A stretch of DNA of 64,000 bases from a virus. The notes beneath the pieces were generated by a model. The model made no database searches, was not told the DNA's origin, and saw only the letters and a list, made by a program, of their open reading frames with translations. Location of the stretch: IMG/VR virus record IMGVR_UViG_3300028635_000005; one strand, given 5' to 3'. The translations under genes and the position numbers were made by a program. Positions 39,334-48,710 of this stretch are shown one piece after another. The stretch's first letter is position 1. Each line of letters begins with the position of its first letter.

Positions 39334-39711
39334 TTAAAATAAAGGGTTAGTATTACTTTTCTTTTTTAATTCATCTGAATGATCCCATTCAGGAACTTCA
39401 ATTCCAAGATTTTCTTGGATCCATGCTGCTACAATACGACGATGACAAAATTTTCCAGGTTCCTCCCAACATAATAATACATTATGCTTAAACATTTCAT
39501 ATATAGCCTTAGGATCAAGTTTTGCTAACACATTTTCTCGATACAATTTTTCATATTGTTCCTTAGTTATGGCACCTTCCTTAATAGCATAAAATGTTTG
39601 TCTATCAGGCGCTAATGCAGGATATTGCAAACCCGTCCAATCTACGGGCGGATAAATACAAATCGCTACGCCCTTATCTCCCGTGTATCTTCTAAAATTA
39701 CTCGTTTTCAT
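39334..39711 (-). CDS. DUF488-like protein
   Basis: LAP...YEKLY...LLCWEEPGKFCHRRIVAAW. Confidence 0.7.
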   Translation of the reverse strand: MKTSNFRRYTGDKGVAICIYPPVDWTGLQYPALAPDRQTFYAIKEGAITKEQYEKLYRENVLAKLDPKAIYEMFKHNVLLCWEEPGKFCHRRIVAAWIQENLGIEVPEWDHSDELKKKSNTNPLF

Positions 39712-40207
39712 TCACAGGTTCCCATTTCATATTATTTGTCTGAGAATTACTTTGCCAGCAATCTTTGCATATCGTAGTTATCCAACCCTTTGTATAACCA
39801 ATGTTTTTAGTTGTTCCGCAATATTCACAAATTTTATATGATAGTGATTCTGCCATTCTTACCATGCCATCAATGTAATCATCTCCGCCATCATAATAAA
39901 AACGTAATCCTCCAAATTTTTCTTTTATCTGAGTAATATTTATTGTTAATTCTTGCTTGCCTTCTCTAAGATTAAACTTATTTTTATTTTCAAGATGATT
40001 AACAATATTGCCCATAAGTTCATCTAGAAGCATAAACCAGCCATCTCCACACTCAAACCCAAATTGAATAGGGGATACTATTTCTTTCTGATTTAAGAGT
40101 TCCTGAATCTCTTCTTTCATCGGCTTTTCGCCAATATAAATTTTTTGCTTAGTCTGAAATAACTGAGGATATGTATCTAATAATTTTCGTTGTAATTCAG
40201 TTTTCAT
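39698..40207 (-). CDS. conserved phage hypothetical protein
   Basis: FECGDGW...QIKEKFGGLRFY...CEYCG...GWI.T.C. Confidence 0.65.
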   Translation of the reverse strand: MKTELQRKLLDTYPQLFQTKQKIYIGEKPMKEEIQELLNQKEIVSPIQFGFECGDGWFMLLDELMGNIVNHLENKNKFNLREGKQELTINITQIKEKFGGLRFYYDGGDDYIDGMVRMAESLSYKICEYCGTTKNIGYTKGWITTICKDCWQSNSQTNNMKWEPVNENE

Positions 40208-40209
40208 TT

Positions 40210-41541
40210 TTAAAATCCTAATTTACGTGGTTCATTTATTTTAGAGTTATTATCTATTCCATAAAAATATATGTCTGCAAGTGTCATAGGTTCTGTCACT
40301 TCTACATCTCCATGTCCATTTTTTTCAAGAAGTTTCTTTGATTTTTCAACTGAAAGTTTTTCAAATTTATAGTTCATCAAAAGCCTTCCTTTACGTGTAA
40401 GTGCTTCATCTATATTCTTTATCCCTGTATTAAATGTTGCAACTATTGAAATATTAAGACAATCCGAAAGAAGCCCATCAGTTAAATTAAGAACATTTGA
40501 AACCGCAGAACTTCTTCCTCCTGTTCCTCTTTTCTCAAGTGCAGGTTCAGCATCTTCAATAATTAAAATTGAATCATTATTTTGCATAAGGAATGGAATA
40601 AACGCCGGATCTGTTATGGAATCAACCATATCAGGAGATATAAATATAATGTTCTTTTTAAGCCTTGAGGTTAAGTATCGGATATACGTTGTTTTTCCAA
40701 CACCTGGGCTTCCACTTAATATCACAAGATTTGTTTTATTCTTACTGTTAAGTCCATTAATTATTTTTTCAGACATTTCGGGAAAATCATCGTTATAATT
40801 TTCTTCCAAATTAACATTTATCTTTTTTACATTAAAGCCCATTTTATCAAAACCAGTTGATCCACGATATACGATAAATATTTGATTTTTAGCAACTGAA
40901 GGTTTTTTGAACCCCTTTAATAATCCAAGAAGATTATAAAAATGTGAATCGGGATTGTTTTCATCCTTCTGTTGATAAAAAATTGATCCTTTGTCTTCAC
41001 CATCTATATACATGTATAGTCCTTCATCAAGGCAAAATAGTATTGAAGTTATTCTTGGTTCTTTAGTGTCTTGATAAGATATTTTTATATATGAATAGTC
41101 TGGAATATTAAAATGTTTTAACAATTTTTTAACAAATATATTTAAGTCAAAATGATTGACACGATATACGCTTGGATAAATTTTATATTTCCTATAATAT
41201 GCATATGCAAAATAATAAAGCTCTGAATATGAATTTAAATAACCATCATTTCCATCATTAAAGGTAAAAAGCTCATGTACATCTCCAAAAGGAAATGGCT
41301 TAACCTCAGAAAACTTTTTAGTCGAAATTTTAGAAATATCTATGACAACATCTTTCCAATCATATTTTTCTTCTACAACGTTACCTTCTTCGTCGTATCT
41401 CTCATATTGTTCCAGATTCATATATTCTTTAGTAATTAAATTTGTTATAACGTCAATTTCTTCTTTTGATAATTTATCTATAGGAAAAAATACTATTTCA
41501 TCTTCTCCGTCTGGTCTTATTTTTATTTGCCTGCCAGCCAT
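40210..41541 (-). CDS. AAA+ ATPase
   Basis: GSPGVGKT, LIIEDAE, LNLTDGLL, TFN...DEALTRKGR. Confidence 0.85.
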   Translation of the reverse strand: MAGRQIKIRPDGEDEIVFFPIDKLSKEEIDVITNLITKEYMNLEQYERYDEEGNVVEEKYDWKDVVIDISKISTKKFSEVKPFPFGDVHELFTFNDGNDGYLNSYSELYYFAYAYYRKYKIYPSVYRVNHFDLNIFVKKLLKHFNIPDYSYIKISYQDTKEPRITSILFCLDEGLYMYIDGEDKGSIFYQQKDENNPDSHFYNLLGLLKGFKKPSVAKNQIFIVYRGSTGFDKMGFNVKKINVNLEENYNDDFPEMSEKIINGLNSKNKTNLVILSGSPGVGKTTYIRYLTSRLKKNIIFISPDMVDSITDPAFIPFLMQNNDSILIIEDAEPALEKRGTGGRSSAVSNVLNLTDGLLSDCLNISIVATFNTGIKNIDEALTRKGRLLMNYKFEKLSVEKSKKLLEKNGHGDVEVTEPMTLADIYFYGIDNNSKINEPRKLGF

Positions 41542-43334
41542 GATTTTCGTCGATTTGTGTTATCGCCAAACGCTATTTCAAGAAATTTATTGGCACTTCT
41601 ATCATTAATAATCGAGAAAAATGTTTTATGTTCCATAACATATTCCCAATCTTTAAGCGATAACGAACCAAGTCCCTTTAAGTATTTAACATTTGAAACT
41701 TTTGTAGTTTTAGCAAATTCATTAAATTCTTCAAGCGTATTAAAATATTTTCTTTCTTTTCCAGCATCACAGGCTACAAGGGGCGTAATTATTCTATATA
41801 GCATTTTATTCTCTATAATATGTGGAAACCAACGATAAAAGAAATTTATTATAAGAGAACTTATATGTTGCCCATCGCTGTCCTCATCTGCTGCTATAAT
41901 AATTTTTTCATAAGACGGAAGTTTTTTACTTCCTGGTTCTATTTCAAGTATACTCATTACATCCATCCATTCTACGTTTGTAGCTAATTCAGATAACTTA
42001 CGTACATTTTTAACCTTACCCTTAAGAGCATATATAGCCTCAGTTTCTGAATCTCTAGCTTGTCGAATTGACCCTGCTGCTGATGCGCCTTCAGTTAAAT
42101 AAAGATGTTGTTTATATTTAGATGAAGGGCTAAATTTATCAGAAATCTTTCGTTTAGATTGTCGTTGAGCACGTTTAATCTTATTTATATTTTCATTCTT
42201 TAGTCTATCTTCGATTGATTTTTCAATGTTTTTAGCAATATCAGATTTTCCTAAAAGACGAATAAGTCTGGTATGAAAAGCTTCTTTCATAGGTTCTTCA
42301 ATTTCCCCTCGTCCTGTTGCAAACTTTGTTTTATTTTGGTCTGCAAATTTCATGAGAGTTGAAGGAACATTCAAGATAATAAGTGTCTCATAAAAATGAT
42401 GGGCAAAATTATATTTAAAATACTCATTAACCCAATCATTAACAATCTTTTGATGTATTCCAGTGCATTGAGACCCGTTCACAAATGACAAAGAACACGA
42501 ATTTTCATATGATTCCCAAAGATATATTGTTCCAAAAGTATTTGAAACAATTATATGATTTGAAGGGATAAAGTCTGCTGTAACAGGTATTGGAATCTCT
42601 TTACTATTTTCGATAAAAAACGCTTTAAGATTAAGCTTATTAATAATAGGATCATTTTTAATCAAAAAGGCTTTAAAAGAAAGATAAGTTGTCATAAGAT
42701 CTTTATCCCATTTATAATTAGGAAACATTTCCTTTGATGGAATAAAACTTATCGTGGTTCCAAGTTTATCTCCTGGAGTCTTCTTCCTAATCTCTTCTTT
42801 AACAACTTTAAAATCTTCCCATACAAAACTCACATAATGCGTTTTATTTATAGTTTCAACTGTGAAACGTTCCGAAAGAATATTTGTTACCGCTGAACCT
42901 ACGCCATGAGTTCCTAAAATATGAGTTTCCGTATCAATAAAATTAGATCCAGCGTGAAGTTCTTCAAGTGCAGTACGTACAACATTTTTCTTTGTCTTAG
43001 GATGTTTTTTAGCTGCATTATAAAATCCTTGCCCCTCATCAATTACAGTTATTTCATTATTATCGAGATTAACTTTAACTGTAATGTTTTTCATTTTTCC
43101 TTTGCAACGTTTCGCTTCATCTAATGCATTCTCAAGAATTTCAACGATAAGATGCATAAAACCTTCAGACCAGCTTTTTTGTACATCTGTAAGAGAACCA
43201 TTTATAATAAGAGGAAGTTTTTCATCCACATGCGCAACTTGCCCAATATACATTGTTGGACGCAATCGAACAGCGTCAAATGTATCCAGAGCAATAATTT
43301 CTTTTATGTTTTTCTGGTCTATCTTAATAGCCAT
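41523..43334 (-). CDS. gp39: DNA topoisomerase II, ATPase/TOPRIM subunit (gp39+60/GyrB-like)
   Basis: VRLRPTMYIG, EILENALDE, GTHGVGS, LTEGASA, LKGK, AADEDSDG, YLKGLGSL. Confidence 0.92.
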   Translation of the reverse strand: MAIKIDQKNIKEIIALDTFDAVRLRPTMYIGQVAHVDEKLPLIINGSLTDVQKSWSEGFMHLIVEILENALDEAKRCKGKMKNITVKVNLDNNEITVIDEGQGFYNAAKKHPKTKKNVVRTALEELHAGSNFIDTETHILGTHGVGSAVTNILSERFTVETINKTHYVSFVWEDFKVVKEEIRKKTPGDKLGTTISFIPSKEMFPNYKWDKDLMTTYLSFKAFLIKNDPIINKLNLKAFFIENSKEIPIPVTADFIPSNHIIVSNTFGTIYLWESYENSCSLSFVNGSQCTGIHQKIVNDWVNEYFKYNFAHHFYETLIILNVPSTLMKFADQNKTKFATGRGEIEEPMKEAFHTRLIRLLGKSDIAKNIEKSIEDRLKNENINKIKRAQRQSKRKISDKFSPSSKYKQHLYLTEGASAAGSIRQARDSETEAIYALKGKVKNVRKLSELATNVEWMDVMSILEIEPGSKKLPSYEKIIIAADEDSDGQHISSLIINFFYRWFPHIIENKMLYRIITPLVACDAGKERKYFNTLEEFNEFAKTTKVSNVKYLKGLGSLSLKDWEYVMEHKTFFSIINDRSANKFLEIAFGDNTNRRKSWLAGK

Positions 43335-43373
43335 ATAAGTTTTGTATTTTATATGAACTTTATTTTAAAAGTT

Positions 43374-44123
43374 TTAAATGATGAATGGCAACATTTTTAT
43401 GTTATCGTCTTCGGATAATTGATTATTTACAGTATATTCATTAATATTGCCTATTTGTCTATTATCCATAATCACAGTTAAAGGATTAATGTCAGGCTTA
43501 ATATACGTTATTATAATTATATCATTAGCCTGTACAGAAGTTGTTAAATAAACATATACTAAATTTCGATTAATGTTTATATGTTCTATACCCACAACTT
43601 TATCGTTTATTATCACAGTGAATGCAGATATATCTGGTATAATTGGTAACAACGACATATTAAAAATTATTTCTAACCTATTAGGAGTATTCTTATGTAC
43701 TATAACTCCTACGCACCATATTGGAGTATAAGCTTCACCTGTTGTCGTAAAACTTATAGTTGGCCCGTAATTAGTTCCGTAGCCGTATGTAGTATAAGAA
43801 CGTACATGGTATGTTGTATTAGGCATTAGTTCGACCATTGTACTAACATAGGTTCCATCTCCTACACCATCTTTCGTGAAATTATTAATGCCTAATGTTG
43901 GTAGCGTATCAGTAGAACTCCAACATATTCCTCGTGCAACGTTAGATGTACCACCATCAGAACTATTTACAGTTGCTCCACTGATTGCTGATATAGCTGT
44001 AATGTATTCTACTTTATTTGTGGATTTTATTGTTAAATGAGAAACACTGGGTGGAGAATTAGGTTGGGAATACATATTAAAAAATAGACCCAACATAATT
44101 ATAACTATTAAAAAATGTTTCAT
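43374..44123 (-). CDS. secreted protein with FN3-like and SwmB-like domains
   Basis: Signal peptide; RGICWS...LMPNTTYHVRSY...YG..ISFTT (FN3-like); LEIIFN...FTVIIN...VYLT..V...DIIIITY.KP (SwmB-like). Confidence 0.6.
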   Translation of the reverse strand: MKHFLIVIIMLGLFFNMYSQPNSPPSVSHLTIKSTNKVEYITAISAISGATVNSSDGGTSNVARGICWSSTDTLPTLGINNFTKDGVGDGTYVSTMVELMPNTTYHVRSYTTYGYGTNYGPTISFTTTGEAYTPIWCVGVIVHKNTPNRLEIIFNMSLLPIIPDISAFTVIINDKVVGIEHININRNLVYVYLTTSVQANDIIIITYIKPDINPLTVIMDNRQIGNINEYTVNNQLSEDDNIKMLPFII

Positions 44124-44422
44124 CGTATCAATTCCTTAGTTTTCTCAAGTTCTTTTTCCAATTGTTCTATATATTCTTCTTTTTCTTCTTCACTTAAAGA
44201 ACGAAAATATTCTGCTCTTCTGCTCCTAAGTTGACGATTATGCGTAGTTGAAGCGTTCCAATGGGGGTTATTTGCTATAATATCAAAATAGTTAAGAATT
44301 CCTCCAATAGCAACAGCACTAGAAAGAACACCGAAATATATCCAATGAAGTGAAAACGCAAATGCCGAGAATATCACAAGAGCAATTATAGCAACCCAAT
44401 AAATTATTTTCCAAAATTTCAT
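44120..44422 (-). CDS. membrane protein (probable start MKFWK)
   Basis: Two TM segments and a charged C-terminus; a 26-codon ORF (44425-44505) ends just upstream. Confidence 0.55.
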   Translation of the reverse strand: MKFWKIIYWVAIIALVIFSAFAFSLHWIYFGVLSSAVAIGGILNYFDIIANNPHWNASTTHNRQLRSRRAEYFRSLSEEEKEEYIEQLEKELEKTKELIR

Positions 44423-44545
44423 ATCTAAAAAATTAAGATAAACAACATCGTTATGATCATAAGTATGATCCATATCGTTTCGCCTCGCGTAAAGATTCTT
44501 TTCATTTAAGACAATATGTTAATGATTAATAGGTACCTATTAAAA

Positions 44546-44563
44546 AGAGGCCCGAAGGCCTCT
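44546..44563 (-). terminator. intrinsic terminator with cUUCGg tetraloop
   Basis: Minus strand AGAGGCC-TTCG-GGCCTCT-TTTT. Confidence 0.8.
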
Positions 44564-44567
44564 CGTG

Positions 44568-45440
44568 TTATGCTATGACTTCTACGTCCACTTCCGGGGT
44601 AGCCATGTATTCTTCGGCAATTTCCCAAAGTTTGATGTTAAAGTCAAGGTGACGTGAGGCGTTGTTTATGCCGCGAGGCTTAGTGCGCCTGCCGTTCATC
44701 GTTTGACGGTCGAACATTCCTTTTACAAGGCGTTCCTGAATGATGTTGAATGTTGACCAAAGATCGTTATTCTTATCTTCACCGCGAACCGGCTCAATTA
44801 TACGGGAAGGATTAACGATAGTCGTGGCCTTCTTCATATCGATTGTGCCATCATCCCTAATGAAAACCATCGGTTCACGGGCAGCAAAGGCTCTAATAAC
44901 GAATTCTTCCTGCTGATCTTTGTTGAGAACAACTTGTTGCATGTCACCAATATGAGAACCAATAATGTTGTACTGGTTTGCTACAACCTCAACAAGTTCC
45001 TTAAGCTCCTTCATATCGATTCCAATATGGCGAAGTCTTACAGAAGTAAACATCCCGGGCATTGCAACTACAAGGCCATTGGTGCACACAAGACGAAAGA
45101 GTCCCATGTGAATTTGCGCCGGAGAAATACCGTTATGAGAGTTATCAAGAACGATCTGGGGACGAACCTTGTCACGATGAAGAGGCATAAATCCAAGATC
45201 GGGATTGTTAAGACGCACCATGTGACGGGAATAATTGGACGATCCCTGTTGACGAACATAAGTGGGACTCCAACCAAGCTTATCAAACGCTTCAAGCAAT
45301 TCGTATGTAGGAACATAGGAATAACGATCCGAAACATGAGGACTTTTATGCTCAGTAAGAACCGCCGGAGCATGGTTACGAATATCTTCAAGTGTGGTTA
45401 CACGATAACCGATGCTAGTAAGAGGATTATTTCGTGTCAT
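44568..45440 (-). CDS. DUF932/DUF945-family protein
   Basis: VSDRYSYVPT..LLEAF...HMVRL...LDNSHNG.S......GLFRLVCTNGLV...DLWSTFNIIQE. Confidence 0.85.
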   Translation of the reverse strand: MTRNNPLTSIGYRVTTLEDIRNHAPAVLTEHKSPHVSDRYSYVPTYELLEAFDKLGWSPTYVRQQGSSNYSRHMVRLNNPDLGFMPLHRDKVRPQIVLDNSHNGISPAQIHMGLFRLVCTNGLVVAMPGMFTSVRLRHIGIDMKELKELVEVVANQYNIIGSHIGDMQQVVLNKDQQEEFVIRAFAAREPMVFIRDDGTIDMKKATTIVNPSRIIEPVRGEDKNNDLWSTFNIIQERLVKGMFDRQTMNGRRTKPRGINNASRHLDFNIKLWEIAEEYMATPEVDVEVIA

Positions 45441-45458
45441 GATGTTATGTGTATTTAG

Positions 45459-45560
45459 TTAAACAATCGGGTTCATCTGCAATGCCACAAAAACGATTGC
45501 GGCAAAGAGAGCCAAAACAGCCAAGGTAGAAATCAATTCAGTTTTTGTTTCAGTTTTCAT
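45459..45560 (-). CDS. possible small membrane peptide (33 aa)
   Basis: Hand translation MKTETKTELISTLAVLALFAAIVFVALQMNPIV. Confidence 0.45.
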   Translation of the reverse strand: MKTETKTELISTLAVLALFAAIVFVALQMNPIV

Positions 45561-45590
45561 AGTGTTAGGTATTAGGTGTAATTATGTAAC

Positions 45591-45962
45591 TTATTTCTTG
45601 TTGCATTTACGAGAGTTTATTACGATAGGAACAATACGAGCAGCCATTACTTCATACTGTCCAGGGATAAGAATACGTTCAATGCTATAATTAGCGCCAT
45701 AAGAAGTTTTAAACCAACGTTTCATAACTTTGTTGAGTTGATAATTGTCATATCTGTTTGCCCAAGGATAACTACTAAAAACCAGTTTACGATAATAGCC
45801 ATTCTTATGAAGAGTATACTTTACGGGATATCCACTACGAATATCCTGAAGATCTGCAAATTCAAGAGTACCATTTTTACGCTGGCGCTCACTGGTCGTA
45901 TTTACAAGTCCAATGGATGTAAGAGTCTTGATTGCCTGATTCATTTCTTTTGTCATGTTCAT
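45591..45962 (-). CDS. hypothetical early protein (probable start MNMTKE)
   Basis: The host-type promoter motif at 45986-45993 lies inside the longer ORF call. Confidence 0.55.
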   Translation of the reverse strand: MNMTKEMNQAIKTLTSIGLVNTTSERQRKNGTLEFADLQDIRSGYPVKYTLHKNGYYRKLVFSSYPWANRYDNYQLNKVMKRWFKTSYGANYSIERILIPGQYEVMAARIVPIVINSRKCNKK

Positions 45963-46064
45963 AGCTATATTTTTTAATTCTATTGTAAATATAAACAAAA
46001 AACTTGAAATAAAAAAATATTTAACCGATTTTTTTCAGTTAAAGTTAAAAATAATGATTAAAAA

Positions 46065-46086
46065 AGCCGGAAATTATTTTCCGGCT
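46065..46086 (-). terminator. intrinsic terminator
   Basis: AGCCGGAAA-N4-TTTCCGGCT followed by TTTTT on the minus strand. Confidence 0.65.
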
Positions 46087-46091
46087 AAATT

Positions 46092-46370
46092 TTAAATATT
46101 GATATGCTGTGAATATCGAAAATCTAAGAAATATCTTCGCTTATCCAAAAGCTTATTCAATAAAATTGGACAAATTTTATTTGACAAATATTCTTTTATT
46201 TCTTCGTTTGTAGAATCTTCATCATTAGTTAAAGTGTCGACAACTATGGGCCAATCTGTATCTTCATATTGAGGATCCTCATATAAATTATAAAACCAAT
46301 CGGTAAACTGATCAGGGGACATTTTATCACTTAAATTTTCATAAAGTTTTTCACGCACAAGTTTTTTCAT
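46092..46370 (-). CDS. small acidic protein (MKKLVREKLYE...)
   Basis: 92 aa; late motif at 46386-46394. Confidence 0.6.
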   Translation of the reverse strand: MKKLVREKLYENLSDKMSPDQFTDWFYNLYEDPQYEDTDWPIVVDTLTNDEDSTNEEIKEYLSNKICPILLNKLLDKRRYFLDFRYSQHINI

Positions 46371-46394
46371 AACAACATATTTTATTTTATATAT

Positions 46395-46925
46395 TTAAAA
46401 AAGTTTCACGTTGTTTGGAAGATTCTCAACCTCATTTCCCCATGCGTCCCACCCTTCTTTTTTATTTCTCGCAAAAAGTTCAATATAGGGCGGATAACTA
46501 ATTTTCTCTATAACATCATAAAATTCCTTAGGTTTTTCTGAATGCCTGCCTTTAGGCGCATACAAAACTGATGAAATATTTTTCTTATGTTTATAAGGCA
46601 ATGGGGCTCCTTTTCTCCCAAATAAAAGTATCTCATGTTGTCCACGAAAATAATGCCCAAGCCCAATTAAGTTTTTAACCCAAATAATGTTGGTGATATA
46701 ATGAAATCCCCAATGTTTCATAACTTGAAGCCCAGTTGCAAGGAAGTTATTGGTGACCCACATGTACATATGACATTGATCATCAGCAAGGCTATCAATA
46801 AAATCTTTCATGGCAAAAATTTCCTCTGTTTTCATAAGAGGATAATGTTTTTGAGCACCACGACAAATTTTGCCACCACCAGTAAGATTCCAAGGAGGGT
46901 CTACGTATATTGTCTTGTATTTCAT
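46395..46925 (-). CDS. MT-A70 family adenine methyltransferase
   Basis: YVDPPW, YPLM, MYMWVTN, WGF.Y...IWVK, GHYFR..HE.LLFG, HSEKP, ELFAR. Confidence 0.9.
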   Translation of the reverse strand: MKYKTIYVDPPWNLTGGGKICRGAQKHYPLMKTEEIFAMKDFIDSLADDQCHMYMWVTNNFLATGLQVMKHWGFHYITNIIWVKNLIGLGHYFRGQHEILLFGRKGAPLPYKHKKNISSVLYAPKGRHSEKPKEFYDVIEKISYPPYIELFARNKKEGWDAWGNEVENLPNNVKLF

Positions 46926-47362
46926 TAAAAAAGAGCTTTAGGTTTAAGATTCGCAGGTGCTTTCCAGTTATCATAATCCCATGCAAGAGCATCGTAACAT
47001 ACGATATTGTAATCGAGAATTTTCTTTGCCTCAGTTATTTGGGTGTTATCAAGGTCTGGGCAATGCTCTAGAAGAACCTGAAGCATACGGCCTCTCATTT
47101 CCTCTACGTTATCAGCCATAAGCTCGACACCATAAACAGATGCGAGCGCTTGAAGAGGTGGGTGCCCTGCTTCGAGTTTACGGGCAAGAACACGCACAAG
47201 AAAGTTGCCGTTACCAGCTGAGTTGTCGAGGAACGTTTTAGAAGGGTCTGAGAAAACTTCGGACGGAAGCTTGTCGAGCATCTCATCTACGAGAGCAAGA
47301 GGTGTAAAGTCCTCAGCAGTTTGTTTACGGCGGGCCTTGCGTTTATGTTCGAGAGAGGTCAT
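46925..47362 (-). CDS. short N6-methyltransferase-like protein (SAM-binding half only)
   Basis: EDFTP..LVDEML, motif I DNSAGNGNFL, YGVEL, YDAL; no NPPY catalytic motif. Confidence 0.75.
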   Translation of the reverse strand: MTSLEHKRKARRKQTAEDFTPLALVDEMLDKLPSEVFSDPSKTFLDNSAGNGNFLVRVLARKLEAGHPPLQALASVYGVELMADNVEEMRGRMLQVLLEHCPDLDNTQITEAKKILDYNIVCYDALAWDYDNWKAPANLKPKALF

Positions 47363-48642
47363 TATTTAACTTGGGATTCGATGTAATCAATTTCTTCCTG
47401 CGTAAGGCCATAAAATTTATATATATTATTAATATTAAATATATCACATAGTATAGGTTTTTTAAACCATTGTAGGGCGTAATAGTATTTGTTTTGGATT
47501 TGATTAAAGCAATATTGCATTACAAATGTAACTAACTTACTATCAAGAAATTTTATTATATTATTTGATTCGTTTTCATCCTTAGTAATAACATATGCAC
47601 AAGCAGATGATCCATTCATAATATTTTCATTTTCTTTTACTATCAAATATTTATTTCCTGATATTCCGAAAATAATTTTAGATTTTTTTGAATCTTCGTG
47701 AAATATATCTGTATATGCAAAAATAAAATTGTTATTAGTTAATTTTTGAATTATTTTTGTAGTTCCGTGTTTTTTATCATCTATTATTCTTGAAACAGAT
47801 CTTTGAAATTCATTATTGTTTGATAATAATTTATGCAAAATACTATTTATTATTGAATTATTTACCTGAGAAACAAACGAGTTTTTACGTAAAACTGTAT
47901 TAAAATTAATAATAGATTTATTTATATCATAACATTCTATTATCGTATCAGATTCCTTTACATTTTCATTTTTAACTACAAAATAACAAAATGTATCTCC
48001 TACGTTAAAGTATTTTTTAGGTGTGCCGACGGCTAAATATTTAATATTTTTAAAATTATGTTTAAAAGATACTTGGCTGGCGGTTCTGCCCAATAACATA
48101 TCTATAGCCGGCAATGGCGAAATAAGACTTACGTAGCCATTATCTTTGCATACATCAAATGATTTATTTATAAAAGCTGGATATATTTTGTGTTTGCTCT
48201 CAGTACTTTTTTGAAATGGCGGGTTACCTACAACTACGTCAAATTTAGGCATTTCTTCTATTTTTATTTTATTTATATCTTTAATTATTCCTACTCTGTT
48301 AACGCTATCCTTACTCCCGTAAACCATTTTGCTTACTAACCACTTATTTCTTTCCACGTTAACATAAGCCTTAACCATATTATTTATAATATGCTTATAT
48401 CTTTCAGTTTCGTTCTCTATCGCTATATTTTTCATTAGACGCAACACAACTTCAAGCATAAAGACTCCACTCTTAGCGCATGGATCACACCATAAAAGAT
48501 TTGGATCTGTCCAAATCTCCTTGGGTAGTTTGTCTAACATTTCTTCAACAAGCTTAACCGGAGTAAATATTTCCTCATTGCTTGGGGAATTTAAGTATGC
48601 TAACAGTTTCTTTCTTTTTTCAAGTTGTTCTATTATGGTCAT
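47362..48642 (-). CDS. Eco57I-like N6-adenine methyltransferase/TRD protein (paralog A)
   Basis: EIFTP, degenerate motif I DPCAKSG, FDVVVGNPPFQ, followed by a TRD-like region. Confidence 0.8.
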   Translation of the reverse strand: MTIIEQLEKRKKLLAYLNSPSNEEIFTPVKLVEEMLDKLPKEIWTDPNLLWCDPCAKSGVFMLEVVLRLMKNIAIENETERYKHIINNMVKAYVNVERNKWLVSKMVYGSKDSVNRVGIIKDINKIKIEEMPKFDVVVGNPPFQKSTESKHKIYPAFINKSFDVCKDNGYVSLISPLPAIDMLLGRTASQVSFKHNFKNIKYLAVGTPKKYFNVGDTFCYFVVKNENVKESDTIIECYDINKSIINFNTVLRKNSFVSQVNNSIINSILHKLLSNNNEFQRSVSRIIDDKKHGTTKIIQKLTNNNFIFAYTDIFHEDSKKSKIIFGISGNKYLIVKENENIMNGSSACAYVITKDENESNNIIKFLDSKLVTFVMQYCFNQIQNKYYYALQWFKKPILCDIFNINNIYKFYGLTQEEIDYIESQVK

Positions 48643-48710
48643 AACTATATCTGTTGTTTTACAAATATAATCAAAATTCTTGAAATATAAAAATATTTAT
48701 TAAATTTTTG

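Larger units (their letters stand above)
1961..43375 (-). promoter_or_regulatory. repeated AAAACT(T/C/G)-N14-16-TA(T/A)AA(A/T) promoter motif (9 dispersed copies; putative middle promoters)
   Basis: -35 boxes at 1983, 9504, 16114, 20730, 24178, 26150, 31997, 36335 and 43369, each just upstream of a start codon; the copy at 16114 has CATAAA with a 14-nt spacer. Confidence 0.75.
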
